Under the pieces are notes generated by a model. It was not told the origin of the DNA, made no database searches, and was given only the letters and a program-made list of their open reading frames with translations. Shown piece after piece: positions 54,661-63,153 of a DNA stretch of 64,000 bases (position 1 is its first letter; each line of letters starts with the position of its first letter). Origin of the DNA: Candidatus Saccharimonadales bacterium (GTDB taxonomy: Bacteria; Patescibacteriota; Saccharimonadia; Saccharimonadales; DASZAF01); the NCBI GenBank assembly GCA_035480055.1, contig DATIIB010000009.1:21068-85067 (forward strand). The letters are read 5' to 3'. Made by a program: the position numbers and the translations under genes.

Positions 54661-54991
54661 GACTGGCCGTCAGGCAGAAACCGCTGCCGCAGCGTATCTG
54701 CAGCGCCACGGCTTTACGATTATTGAGCGGAACTGGCGAACGCGTTGGTGCGAGATTGATATTGTGGCCCAAAAAGCAAAGACGATTCATTTTGTAGAGG
54801 TTAAATATCGCAAAACAGACGCGTGGGGAGGTGGACTCGAATACATCACGCCCCGCAAACTCCAACAAATGCAGTTTGCAGCGCAATTGTGGGTGGCGAA
54901 TCACGCGTGGAAGGACGAATACAGCTTGGGCGCGATTGAAGTAACTGGCACTCAGTTTGCGGTGTCGGAGTGGCTGCCGGACTTGAGATAA
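54647..54991 (+). CDS. yraN: YraN-family (UPF0102) endonuclease-like protein
   Basis: GRQAETAAAAYLQRHGFTIIERNWRTRWCEIDIVA...HFVEVKYR. Overlaps the rnhB stop. Confidence 0.85.
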   Translation: MSSTETGRQAETAAAAYLQRHGFTIIERNWRTRWCEIDIVAQKAKTIHFVEVKYRKTDAWGGGLEYITPRKLQQMQFAAQLWVANHAWKDEYSLGAIEVTGTQFAVSEWLPDLR

Positions 54992-57501
54992 TCGGCGATG
55001 GTGGCCAGGTCACGTTCGCGCCACTGCACTCGGGCTTCGATATTCTCAGTTGCCTGGCGGACTTCTCGACCGATTCTAATATCATCTGTCGTTGGACCAA
55101 AGAATTCTCGAAACGACGCAAGCTCTTCGGCGCTGCCAAACGCATTTCCAGCGTAACGCGGAAAGATGGTAAAATGCGCGTCTGAGCCGAAGTTTGTCGT
55201 AACCCATCCCCATTCATTTTGGAGCCACTGCCAGGTTTGCGCTCGAGTCCCTTGTTGGCGAATCAAATTGGCAAACCAGTAAAAAATATCTTGCGGCTTC
55301 ACCTGCTTGGTAGTCAGCATGTCCAGCAAGCGAGTGATCCGCGCAGGGTCTGTAGCTGCGCTCAGGCCGATTGCTAGATGCTGGCGGACTTCGGGCGTGG
55401 CTTGCGGAGTGTGCCAGCTCAGCAATTTTTCAAAGGTTTGCTGGTCACCAAAACGAGCAGCTACTGCAAAAATGACAGGTCGAATATCGCCCAGGATGGC
55501 TTCGGGGTTATTAGCTTTGGCGAAAAGTTTTTGAGCAAACGCCACCGCTTCAGGTGCTTCAGCATAGACCATAAGATTGAGGATGAGGGGGCGAAGTAGT
55601 TCGTCAAAATACGATTCGCCGACAATGCGTTCCCATCCCAAGCGGTGATACTGCTTGGCCGCTAGCGCGCCAACAAAGTGCTTAAGATCTGTCTGCACTT
55701 GCGCATCGTCATTGGTAAGTAATTTAAGTGAGCCAACAATATCCGCAATTACCTCCCAGACCGGCTCGCTGGCTTCGTCTTTGTACGCGGCCAACAGCGT
55801 AAGCAACTGTGGCGTGGATTGTAGCCCAGCCTTGGCAAGGTCGTGTGCTTCACTGAGCAACCCCAATCGGTCAATGACAGCCAACTCACCAGCTGAGATG
55901 CAAGCCGCAAGCTCAGCCAGGTGCGCAGGACTATAGAGAGTGAGATAAAATCCAGTTCGTCCGGTATTGAGCAAAAGTGGCCGATCCGAAGGAGCGTATG
56001 AGATGGTAGCGACAGATGTTTGGAGGATTTCTGGATTAAGCTTGGTATTTGCAAGTAATGGCACAGGCCAGAGGCGCGCTTCGGTATTCGCATGTGCAGG
56101 GCTGGCAAAAAAACGTTGCTGCTGGACGGTGATGGCGCTTTTTTCTGTGGCAACTTTGACCACCGGGTGACCCGACTGCGTAATCCACGGCGTCATAAAA
56201 GCACCAATGTCTTTGCCCGAGGCCTCACTCCAGGCAGCCCATAAATCAGTGGCGGCGGCATTGCCATACGCATGCTGAGCGATGTACTTTTGAAGGCCAC
56301 GGCGGAACGCATCGGCACCCATGTAGGCATGGGCCATGTGCACCAAGCTTGCTCCTTTGCCGTACACGATCGCAGCGTCAAATAATGACTGAATTTCATC
56401 CGGGTGATCCACCTCTTGCTGGACACTTTGAATACTTTGCAGCGAATCTCGGTCAAGCGCAGCCGAAATCTCCTGGTTATAAAACTGCGTCCACATCTGC
56501 CAATCTGGAAAGAGCTTGTCCTGGGCGTAATTCGCCATCCAGGTGGCAAAACTTTCGTTCAACCAGAGGTCATTCCACCAGTGCATGGTTACCAGGTTGC
56601 CAAACCATTGGTGCGCGAGCTCATGCGTGACTACTTCGGCCACGCGCTGGCGCGAAGCGGTGGCGGTGCTGCTATCAACAAACAGCGCGCTTTCGCGGTA
56701 CACAATGAGCCCCCAGTTTTCCATGGCGCCAAAGCTGAAGTCGGGTAAGCCGACCATGTCGCATTTGGGCAGCGGGTAGGGAACGCCAAAATAATCATTG
56801 TAGAGTTCCAGGCATTTTACCGCTGTAGCAAGCGCAAACTTCGTTTTTTCGGCATTGCCAGGTGTTGCATAGCCACGCACCACCACGCCTTCTGCCGTGG
56901 TTGCTTCCTTATATTCAAGTTTGCCAACCACCCAGGCCAAAAGGTATGTGCTCATGACAGGTGTGGTTTCAAAGCTGGTGACCAGTTGAGCGTCTGTTGT
57001 TGTCTGCGAGGTCACTGGCGTATTGCTCAAAACGGTCACCTCTGGCTCGGTTGTCAGAATAAGGCTGAAGGTGGCTTTGGCCGCGGGCTCATCGATGCAA
57101 GGAAACACTTCACGAGCATGGTGGCTTTCAAACTGCGTGGCCAGCAACTCCTCGGCTTGGCCGTCGACAGTGAAGTAGCAAGGGTAGAGGCCGTGCATTG
57201 GGTCGGTGATCTGCCCAGCAAAGGTGAGCGTGAGAGTATGCTCGCCTACCGGCAATGCCTGCGCGGCCGTCAGGGTTAGCTCATTGTTTTCACCAAACGT
57301 CGTAGGTGCTGGCTCGCCGTCAATTGTAGCCGAACTGATGGTGAGCTCTTTGGCATGTAGTTTGATTTCGTTGCTTTGGGCAAGCAGTTCGCCCGTAATC
57401 TGCACCGTGCCTTTAAAAGTTCGGGCCGTTCGTTCCAGTCGGAGTTCTAATGTGTAGCGTGCCGGGCGAAAAAGCTCGACTAATTGGCGAAGTTTGGTCA
57501 T
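54952..57501 (-). CDS. pepN: M1-family aminopeptidase (aminopeptidase N-like)
   Basis: GAMENWG exopeptidase motif, HELAHQWFGNLVTMHWWNDLWLNESFA (HExxH-18-E) and an ERAP1-like C-terminal domain. I prefer the ATG at 57501 (MTKLRQLV). Confidence 0.93.
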   Translation of the reverse strand: MTKLRQLVELFRPARYTLELRLERTARTFKGTVQITGELLAQSNEIKLHAKELTISSATIDGEPAPTTFGENNELTLTAAQALPVGEHTLTLTFAGQITDPMHGLYPCYFTVDGQAEELLATQFESHHAREVFPCIDEPAAKATFSLILTTEPEVTVLSNTPVTSQTTTDAQLVTSFETTPVMSTYLLAWVVGKLEYKEATTAEGVVVRGYATPGNAEKTKFALATAVKCLELYNDYFGVPYPLPKCDMVGLPDFSFGAMENWGLIVYRESALFVDSSTATASRQRVAEVVTHELAHQWFGNLVTMHWWNDLWLNESFATWMANYAQDKLFPDWQMWTQFYNQEISAALDRDSLQSIQSVQQEVDHPDEIQSLFDAAIVYGKGASLVHMAHAYMGADAFRRGLQKYIAQHAYGNAAATDLWAAWSEASGKDIGAFMTPWITQSGHPVVKVATEKSAITVQQQRFFASPAHANTEARLWPVPLLANTKLNPEILQTSVATISYAPSDRPLLLNTGRTGFYLTLYSPAHLAELAACISAGELAVIDRLGLLSEAHDLAKAGLQSTPQLLTLLAAYKDEASEPVWEVIADIVGSLKLLTNDDAQVQTDLKHFVGALAAKQYHRLGWERIVGESYFDELLRPLILNLMVYAEAPEAVAFAQKLFAKANNPEAILGDIRPVIFAVAARFGDQQTFEKLLSWHTPQATPEVRQHLAIGLSAATDPARITRLLDMLTTKQVKPQDIFYWFANLIRQQGTRAQTWQWLQNEWGWVTTNFGSDAHFTIFPRYAGNAFGSAEELASFREFFGPTTDDIRIGREVRQATENIEARVQWRERDLATIADYLKSGSHSDTAN

Positions 57502-57507
57502 ATCTCT

Positions 57508-57513
57508 ATAGTA
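57508..57513 (-). promoter_or_regulatory. -10 box TACTAT 6 nt upstream of the pepN ATG (leaderless-type)
   Basis: The minus strand reads TACTATagagatATG. Confidence 0.4.
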
Positions 57514-57606
57514 CGGGGTAGGAACAGGCTCGAGCAAGTTTTTCACTGGTGGAGTAGCTTGGATACATTGACTTCTTACGCTTATTATGCTATCATCGGT
57601 ACTAAT

Positions 57607-58287
57607 ATGAACGGTCAAGAAGCACAAGGTCCAAAGCCCGAACGCAAGAGTTTCTTAACGAGCCGAGTAGGTATTGGTTCTCTTGCAGTTGCTGCAGCAT
57701 TGGCTGGGAGTGGTGTCGCATTGGGGGTGGAGCATCTCATCTCAGGCGGTAATGAAACTAATACCACTGCGCCCATGGCAACCCCTGAGGATATAAGCCA
57801 CCAAAAAACGCAGCTCATTCCTCTTGATGGCGAAGGCTTTTCGGCTTCGGAAAATCAAACAGCTGCAGATCTTGCTAACTCAATAACTACCCAGCACTAC
57901 GCAGTTACTATTAAGGCGCCGGGGCGAGGTGAAGCTAAGAAGATATATAAGATAGAACTTCCACCTACTCAAAAAAAAGAACGTCCGACCATTGGTTTTG
58001 TGATGCAAGCGACGCAAGCAGATGTCCCCGCCAATCAGCAACCTACTGCGGATGCAGAATTGATCATGGCTCCCGGCTATGCTGACCTCCAGACGAATAA
58101 GCCAACCGCTATTTACTTTGAGCCTGCTCGCGGTCAAGGAACCTTGAAACTTGGTGTGGTGACAGGCTTTAAAGGAGATGTTTCGCCAAATGCCGTGTCT
58201 GCCCACTTGGTTGGCAAGCCTCTGGGCGTCAGCGAAGTCCCAACGACTGGAGTGCAGCTTTATCAAATTCCAGAGGCTGACGAGTAA
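57607..58287 (+). CDS. Hypothetical secreted/membrane-anchored protein (ORFan)
   Basis: I prefer the ATG at 57607. N-terminal hydrophobic segment VGIGSLAVAAALAGSGVALGV. Atypical ATA codons. No family recognised. Confidence 0.5.
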   Translation: MNGQEAQGPKPERKSFLTSRVGIGSLAVAAALAGSGVALGVEHLISGGNETNTTAPMATPEDISHQKTQLIPLDGEGFSASENQTAADLANSITTQHYAVTIKAPGRGEAKKIYKIELPPTQKKERPTIGFVMQATQADVPANQQPTADAELIMAPGYADLQTNKPTAIYFEPARGQGTLKLGVVTGFKGDVSPNAVSAHLVGKPLGVSEVPTTGVQLYQIPEADE

Positions 58288-58331
58288 CCCTTGCCTTCCC
58301 CGATCGCACATTGTATAATGCACACAGTTAC

Positions 58332-58356
58332 CCCGGCCGCCAAAGGTCGGGTTTTT
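58332..58356 (+). terminator. Intrinsic-terminator-like hairpin plus T5 between the secreted ORFan and nusA
   Basis: CCCGGCC / gccaaa / GGTCGGG (7 bp, one G-U) followed by TTTTT. It lies downstream of a TATAAT box at 58314-58319. Confidence 0.55.
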
Positions 58357-58381
58357 ACTTAAAAAATAGGAGACGTATTTA

Positions 58382-59545
58382 ATGGATGATCTTAACACTA
58401 AACAATTAGTCCAAGCCATTACCCACATTGCTGAAGAAAAAAACCTGCCCGAAGATGAAGTCCACGACATTATCCAACAGGCTATCGCTGCTGCCTGGCG
58501 CCGCGATTATGGTACCAAAGAACAAGAAGTACGCGTGCAGCTCAACCCGAGCACTGGCGTTGCTACCGTTTTGGTGAGCAAAACTGTAGTGGATGACGAC
58601 GATGTTGCTGACGAAGACACCGAAATCGGCGTGACCGAAGCTCAAAAGATTAAGCCCGGCGTGCAAGTCGAAGAAACCGTAGAGATCACTCACACACCTA
58701 CGCGCTTTGGTCGTGTTGCCGCACAGACCGCCAAGCAAGTTATCTTGCAAAAGCTCCGCGAAGCCGAACGCGAAGTGGTCATGGGCGAATACGAGGACAA
58801 AATTGGCACCGTGATCATCGGTACTGTGCAGCGAGTTGAACCACGCTTTGTACGAATCGAACTTGGCAAAGCAACCGGCATCCTACCGCAAAGCGAACAG
58901 ATTCCTGGCGAGTATTATGCCGTTGGCTCGCGCATTAAAGTCTTTTTGAAAGATGTCGAACGCGGCAATCGCGGCCCACAACTTATCCTGAGCCGCGGCA
59001 ACTCTGAGTTTATTGAATACCTCTTTCGTCAAGAAGTTCCCGAAATGGAAAACGGCGCAGTCGAGATCAAGGCGATTGCTCGTCAAGCCGGTCAGCGCAC
59101 CAAGATTGCGGTGCACTCAACCGTTCCAGGTGTTGACCCAGTTGGCACCTTTGTTGGTGGCCACGGTACTCGCGTCCAAGCGGTCATGAACGAGATTGGT
59201 GACCAAGAAAAGATCGACATTATTACTTTTAACGACGACAGCAAAACCTTTATCGCCAACGCACTGAGCCCGGCCGAAATTGCTGGTATTGAGCTTGATG
59301 AAGCAACCAAAAAAGCGGTGGTTAAAGTTCCCGAGGACCAACTGTCGATAGCCATTGGCCGTGGTGGTCAGAACGTGCGTCTTGCGAGTCAATTGACTGG
59401 CTACGAACTGGACATCGAAGCAGCAACTGGCGAAAAGAAAACCGCCACCCCTCCAAGCGCAGCCGCTCCGAAGAAGCGCAAGAATATTGAAGATTCTTTG
59501 CTGACCGCTATCGAAGAAACCAGCGAGACAATAGAGGAAAAATAA
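58382..59545 (+). CDS. nusA: Transcription termination/antitermination factor NusA
   Basis: N-terminal domain, S1 and two KH domains (IAIGRGGQNVRLASQLTG). AGGAG SD upstream. Confidence 0.95.
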   Translation: MDDLNTKQLVQAITHIAEEKNLPEDEVHDIIQQAIAAAWRRDYGTKEQEVRVQLNPSTGVATVLVSKTVVDDDDVADEDTEIGVTEAQKIKPGVQVEETVEITHTPTRFGRVAAQTAKQVILQKLREAEREVVMGEYEDKIGTVIIGTVQRVEPRFVRIELGKATGILPQSEQIPGEYYAVGSRIKVFLKDVERGNRGPQLILSRGNSEFIEYLFRQEVPEMENGAVEIKAIARQAGQRTKIAVHSTVPGVDPVGTFVGGHGTRVQAVMNEIGDQEKIDIITFNDDSKTFIANALSPAEIAGIELDEATKKAVVKVPEDQLSIAIGRGGQNVRLASQLTGYELDIEAATGEKKTATPPSAAAPKKRKNIEDSLLTAIEETSETIEEK

Positions 59546-59552
59546 AACGCAG

Positions 59553-59579
59553 TTAGCACTCTTGACTTGCGAGTGCTAA
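59553..59579 (+). promoter_or_regulatory. CIRCE element (HrcA operator), perfect consensus, overlapping the clpC promoter
   Basis: TTAGCACTC-ttgacttgc-GAGTGCTAA matches the published consensus TTAGCACTC-N9-GAGTGCTAA at 18/18 arm positions. The spacer contains TTGACT (59562-59567), and TATCAT lies 18 nt downstream (59586-59591). Confidence 0.85.
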
Positions 59580-59633
59580 TGACGGTATCATAAAAGTACC
59601 CATTACATTTGCTAAAAGGGGGTACAAAAGCGT

Positions 59634-62132
59634 ATGTATCATAGCGAATTCGCTGAATTTCTTCACCACCTGACCGACAATGCCCGGCTCAGTTTGAAGA
59701 ATGCTGAATCGATTGCCCGTAACCTCGGTTCTGCCTATATTGGCACCGAGCACCTGCTGCTCGGCGTGCTTTCGCAGGATAGCTCAGTGGCTGCCAAGAT
59801 GCTGGCCGTTTCGGGAGTGACTATTGATCGTGCGCAACTCGCGCTGAAACTCACGCCAAAATCATTGGCGATTAGTGGCGGCGGTGGCACGAGCGTGCGT
59901 GCCCTCAGCGAAACCGCCAAACTGACTCTGCGATTGAGCTGGGATGTCGCGCAGGAATTCAACCAGGACTTTTGCGGCACTGAGCACATTTTGTACAGCA
60001 TCCTCAGCCAAAAGAATGCCCGGGCAACCGTACTGCTGCGCGATATGAAGGTGGACATCGACGAGTTAATGGGCGATCTGGAGCAGTTTTTGAATCGTCA
60101 GCAAGATGATTACGAAGCGACTGAAGTGACTGCTGAGCGCCGGAGTAAAAAACGTTCATTGATTACGCACTTTGGCATCGACTTAACTGCTAAGGCTCGC
60201 AAGGGCGAACTCGACCCCGTTATTGGCCGTGACCCTCAGATTAAGCGCATGATCACCATCCTTGGACGCCGTACCAAAAACAATCCCGTGCTCCTGGGAG
60301 AGCCAGGCGTGGGCAAGACGGCTATTGTTGAAGGTTTGGCGCAGCGAATCGTGGCCGAAGACGTTCCTGAGCATTTGATTGATAAGCAGATTGTCACTCT
60401 TGACCTTGCGGGGATGATCGCTGGCACTAAGTACCGCGGTGAGTTCGAAGAACGGCTGCGCCAGATCATTGACGAGTTGGTGCACGATCGCCAGACGATC
60501 GTCTTTATTGATGAAATTCATTTGCTGGTTGGCGCAGGGGCCGCCGAAGGTGCAATCGACGCGGCGAACATGCTTAAGCCAGCTCTGGCTCGCGGCCAAC
60601 TGCAGTTGGTTGGCGCAACCACCTTGGACGAATACAAGAAACACATCGAAAAAGACGCTGCCTTAGAGCGACGTTTACAGACCATTATTGTGCCCGAACC
60701 AAGCCTAGACGAGACAATTGCGATCTTGCACGGCGTGAAGCGCCACTACGAAGCGCACCACCATGTGCAGATTGATGACGAAGTGGTCGCCGAAGCAGCG
60801 CACATGGCCAAGCGGTATATCGGTGATCGCTTTATGCCCGACAAAGCCATCGACTTGCTGGATGAGGCTGCTGCTCAAGCGCGCATTGATCGCGGCAAAA
60901 ATTCTTCGGAGATTCGCCGTTTGACCAAAGAACTGAAGCATATTACGGCTCGCATGGAATCGGCAGTGGACGATGAAAACTACGAACGAGCAGCACGGTA
61001 CAAGACTCGGATGAGCCAAATTACCGAAGAGCTGAGTGAGTTGCGCCACAAAAAAGGTGTGCGCCAGATTCAGCTTACCTCTGATGATATTGCTCGGACG
61101 GTCGCGCAGATGACTGGGGTGCCTGTGCGCCGCGTGCTGCGTTCGGAAGCACGACATCTGCTCCGACTCGAAGAGAAGCTAAGTAAGCAATTGATTGGCC
61201 AAAGCGAGGCGGTGACGGCGGTAGCCAAGGCGATTCGTCGCAATCGTTCAGGTATTACAGACAAGAATCGCCCGATTGGCTCCTTTATCTTTCTCGGTCC
61301 CACTGGCGTAGGCAAAACTGAGCTGGCTCGTATTCTGGCCCGCGAACTGTACGCCAACGAATCATCCTTGATCAAGATCGACATGAGTGAGTTTGGCGAA
61401 CGGCATACCGCTTCTCGCTTGGTCGGCGCACCTGCTGGGTACGTAGGCTACGAAGAAGGCGGTCAATTAACCGACAAAGTTCGCCGGCAGCCCTATTCAC
61501 TCATTCTCTTTGACGAGATCGAAAAAGCGCATCCTGAAGTCTTTAACTTACTGTTGCAGATTCTGGAAGACGGCCAGCTCACGGACGCTAAAGGTCGCAA
61601 GGTTGACTTCCGCAATACGTTAATTATTCTTACCAGCAACATTGGTGCCGAGAAACTGCAAAAAGAAGCCGCGCTTGGTTTCCGTGCAGAAAGCACCAGC
61701 GAGCACGACCGTTTGGCGCAAGTTCATGACCAAAATAGCGAGCAAGCTCTGGAAGAACTCAAGAAGTTAATGCGCCCTGAGCTGTTGAACCGTTTTGACA
61801 AGCGGCTGGTCTTTCGGGCGTTGACTCGTCAGGATGCTCGGAAAATCCTTGATTTGCAGCTCAACAATCTCGCCGAACGACTGGCGACCAAAGGGATTAA
61901 TATCAAAGTGATGCCGCTTGCCAAGCAGGCACTACTCGAAAAAGGCTACGATAGCACCAATGGTGTTCGGCCGCTGCGCCGGGTTATTGAAGAGGATTTG
62001 GAAGATGCGCTGGCAGAAGGAGTTTTGGCCAACCAGTATGCCGAGGGCAGCGTGATTCGCGTGACGCATCGCAATGGACAGTTCCAGTTTGATCTGGCTG
62101 AAAGTGGCGTGCTACAAAAGGAACGCAAGTAG
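59634..62132 (+). CDS. clpC: ATP-dependent Clp protease ATP-binding subunit ClpC
   Basis: Two Clp_N repeats, two AAA+ modules ([18 protein letters not shown]) and a UVR-like linker ([18 protein letters not shown]). Confidence 0.95.
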   Translation: MYHSEFAEFLHHLTDNARLSLKNAESIARNLGSAYIGTEHLLLGVLSQDSSVAAKMLAVSGVTIDRAQLALKLTPKSLAISGGGGTSVRALSETAKLTLRLSWDVAQEFNQDFCGTEHILYSILSQKNARATVLLRDMKVDIDELMGDLEQFLNRQQDDYEATEVTAERRSKKRSLITHFGIDLTAKARKGELDPVIGRDPQIKRMITILGRRTKNNPVLLGEPGVGKTAIVEGLAQRIVAEDVPEHLIDKQIVTLDLAGMIAGTKYRGEFEERLRQIIDELVHDRQTIVFIDEIHLLVGAGAAEGAIDAANMLKPALARGQLQLVGATTLDEYKKHIEKDAALERRLQTIIVPEPSLDETIAILHGVKRHYEAHHHVQIDDEVVAEAAHMAKRYIGDRFMPDKAIDLLDEAAAQARIDRGKNSSEIRRLTKELKHITARMESAVDDENYERAARYKTRMSQITEELSELRHKKGVRQIQLTSDDIARTVAQMTGVPVRRVLRSEARHLLRLEEKLSKQLIGQSEAVTAVAKAIRRNRSGITDKNRPIGSFIFLGPTGVGKTELARILARELYANESSLIKIDMSEFGERHTASRLVGAPAGYVGYEEGGQLTDKVRRQPYSLILFDEIEKAHPEVFNLLLQILEDGQLTDAKGRKVDFRNTLIILTSNIGAEKLQKEAALGFRAESTSEHDRLAQVHDQNSEQALEELKKLMRPELLNRFDKRLVFRALTRQDARKILDLQLNNLAERLATKGINIKVMPLAKQALLEKGYDSTNGVRPLRRVIEEDLEDALAEGVLANQYAEGSVIRVTHRNGQFQFDLAESGVLQKERK

Positions 62133-62168
62133 TCCCTTGACAAGGTGACAGTGTGCTACGATAAAAGC

Positions 62169-63140
62169 ATGAAGCGCTTTTCTAGATTAGGTGGACTGTT
62201 AGTTTCTTTGCTCTTTCTGGCAGCCGCTGGCGGCGCGGTATTTTTCCGTCAGGATATTCTGGATTGGTGGGCCCTGCGAAGTTATACGCCGCCAGCCGAG
62301 GTGCAGCAACTAGCCGATCAAGGTACGGTCACTAAGTATGCGCGGCGCATCTTTTATGCTTCGCATCCAGCGGTCGAAGATAGCGCGCCATTTAACCAAC
62401 ATTGCAACCAGCATGCTGAGAAAACAATTGTGCTGGGCTGCTACGATGGCCGCTACATATATGTCTATAATGTGACCGATCAGCGCCTCAACGGCGTCAA
62501 GCAAGTGACGGCTATGCACGAAATGCTCCATGCTATCTACCAACGACTTTCGCCCAGTGAGCGGACCAAGGTTGATAGCGAGGTTGAAGCTCAGTTTAAA
62601 TCCATGAACGATGCCCACATTAATGAACTTGTGGCAGAGTATCAAAAAAGCGAACCCGGCGAAGTTGATAACGAACTGCATTCCATTTTGGGCACCGAGG
62701 TTGGCGGGCTGAGTCCTGACCTCGAGACGTATTACACTAAATACTTTACCAATCGTCAGGCGGTGGTCAGTTTTGCCAACCAATATGAATCCGCGTTTAC
62801 TGACAGCCAAAAGAAGATCGCTACAATCGATGCCCAACTTGCGTCGTTGCAGTCTCAGATTGATCAGAATCAAAAGACACTGGCCGCGCAGCAAACCGTG
62901 TTGGATGCGGAATCGGCCCGTATGAGTTCGTTGCGTTCGAGCGGCAGCGTGGATACCTATAATGCTGCAGTGGCGCCGTATAATGCCAAAGTCCAGGCGT
63001 ATAACGGGTTGATTGCTGACACCAAGCAGCTGGTGGCGCAGTACAACAGTTTGGTTGAAACGCGGAATGCGCTGGCCACGGCGCATAACAATCTGGCGCA
63101 GAGTCTTAATAGTAGTTTGCAAGCGCTTCCAGCGCAGTAA
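62169..63140 (+). CDS. Membrane-anchored protein with HExxH motif and Gln/Asn/Ala-rich coiled-coil tail
   Basis: TM helix LGGLLVSLLFLAAAGGAVFF and VTAMHEMLHAIYQRL (HExxH). The C-terminal ~120 aa are coiled-coil-like with recurring YN dipeptides. I prefer the ATG at 62169. Confidence 0.6.
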   Translation: MKRFSRLGGLLVSLLFLAAAGGAVFFRQDILDWWALRSYTPPAEVQQLADQGTVTKYARRIFYASHPAVEDSAPFNQHCNQHAEKTIVLGCYDGRYIYVYNVTDQRLNGVKQVTAMHEMLHAIYQRLSPSERTKVDSEVEAQFKSMNDAHINELVAEYQKSEPGEVDNELHSILGTEVGGLSPDLETYYTKYFTNRQAVVSFANQYESAFTDSQKKIATIDAQLASLQSQIDQNQKTLAAQQTVLDAESARMSSLRSSGSVDTYNAAVAPYNAKVQAYNGLIADTKQLVAQYNSLVETRNALATAHNNLAQSLNSSLQALPAQ

Positions 63141-63153
63141 CAAAGGTGTAAAG

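Noticed and set aside
62310-63143. 277-aa minus-strand ORF
   Set aside because: Antisense to the HExxH/coiled-coil gene. The translation is Arg/Leu/Ile-rich, mirroring the Gln/Ala-rich sense frame. No start context.
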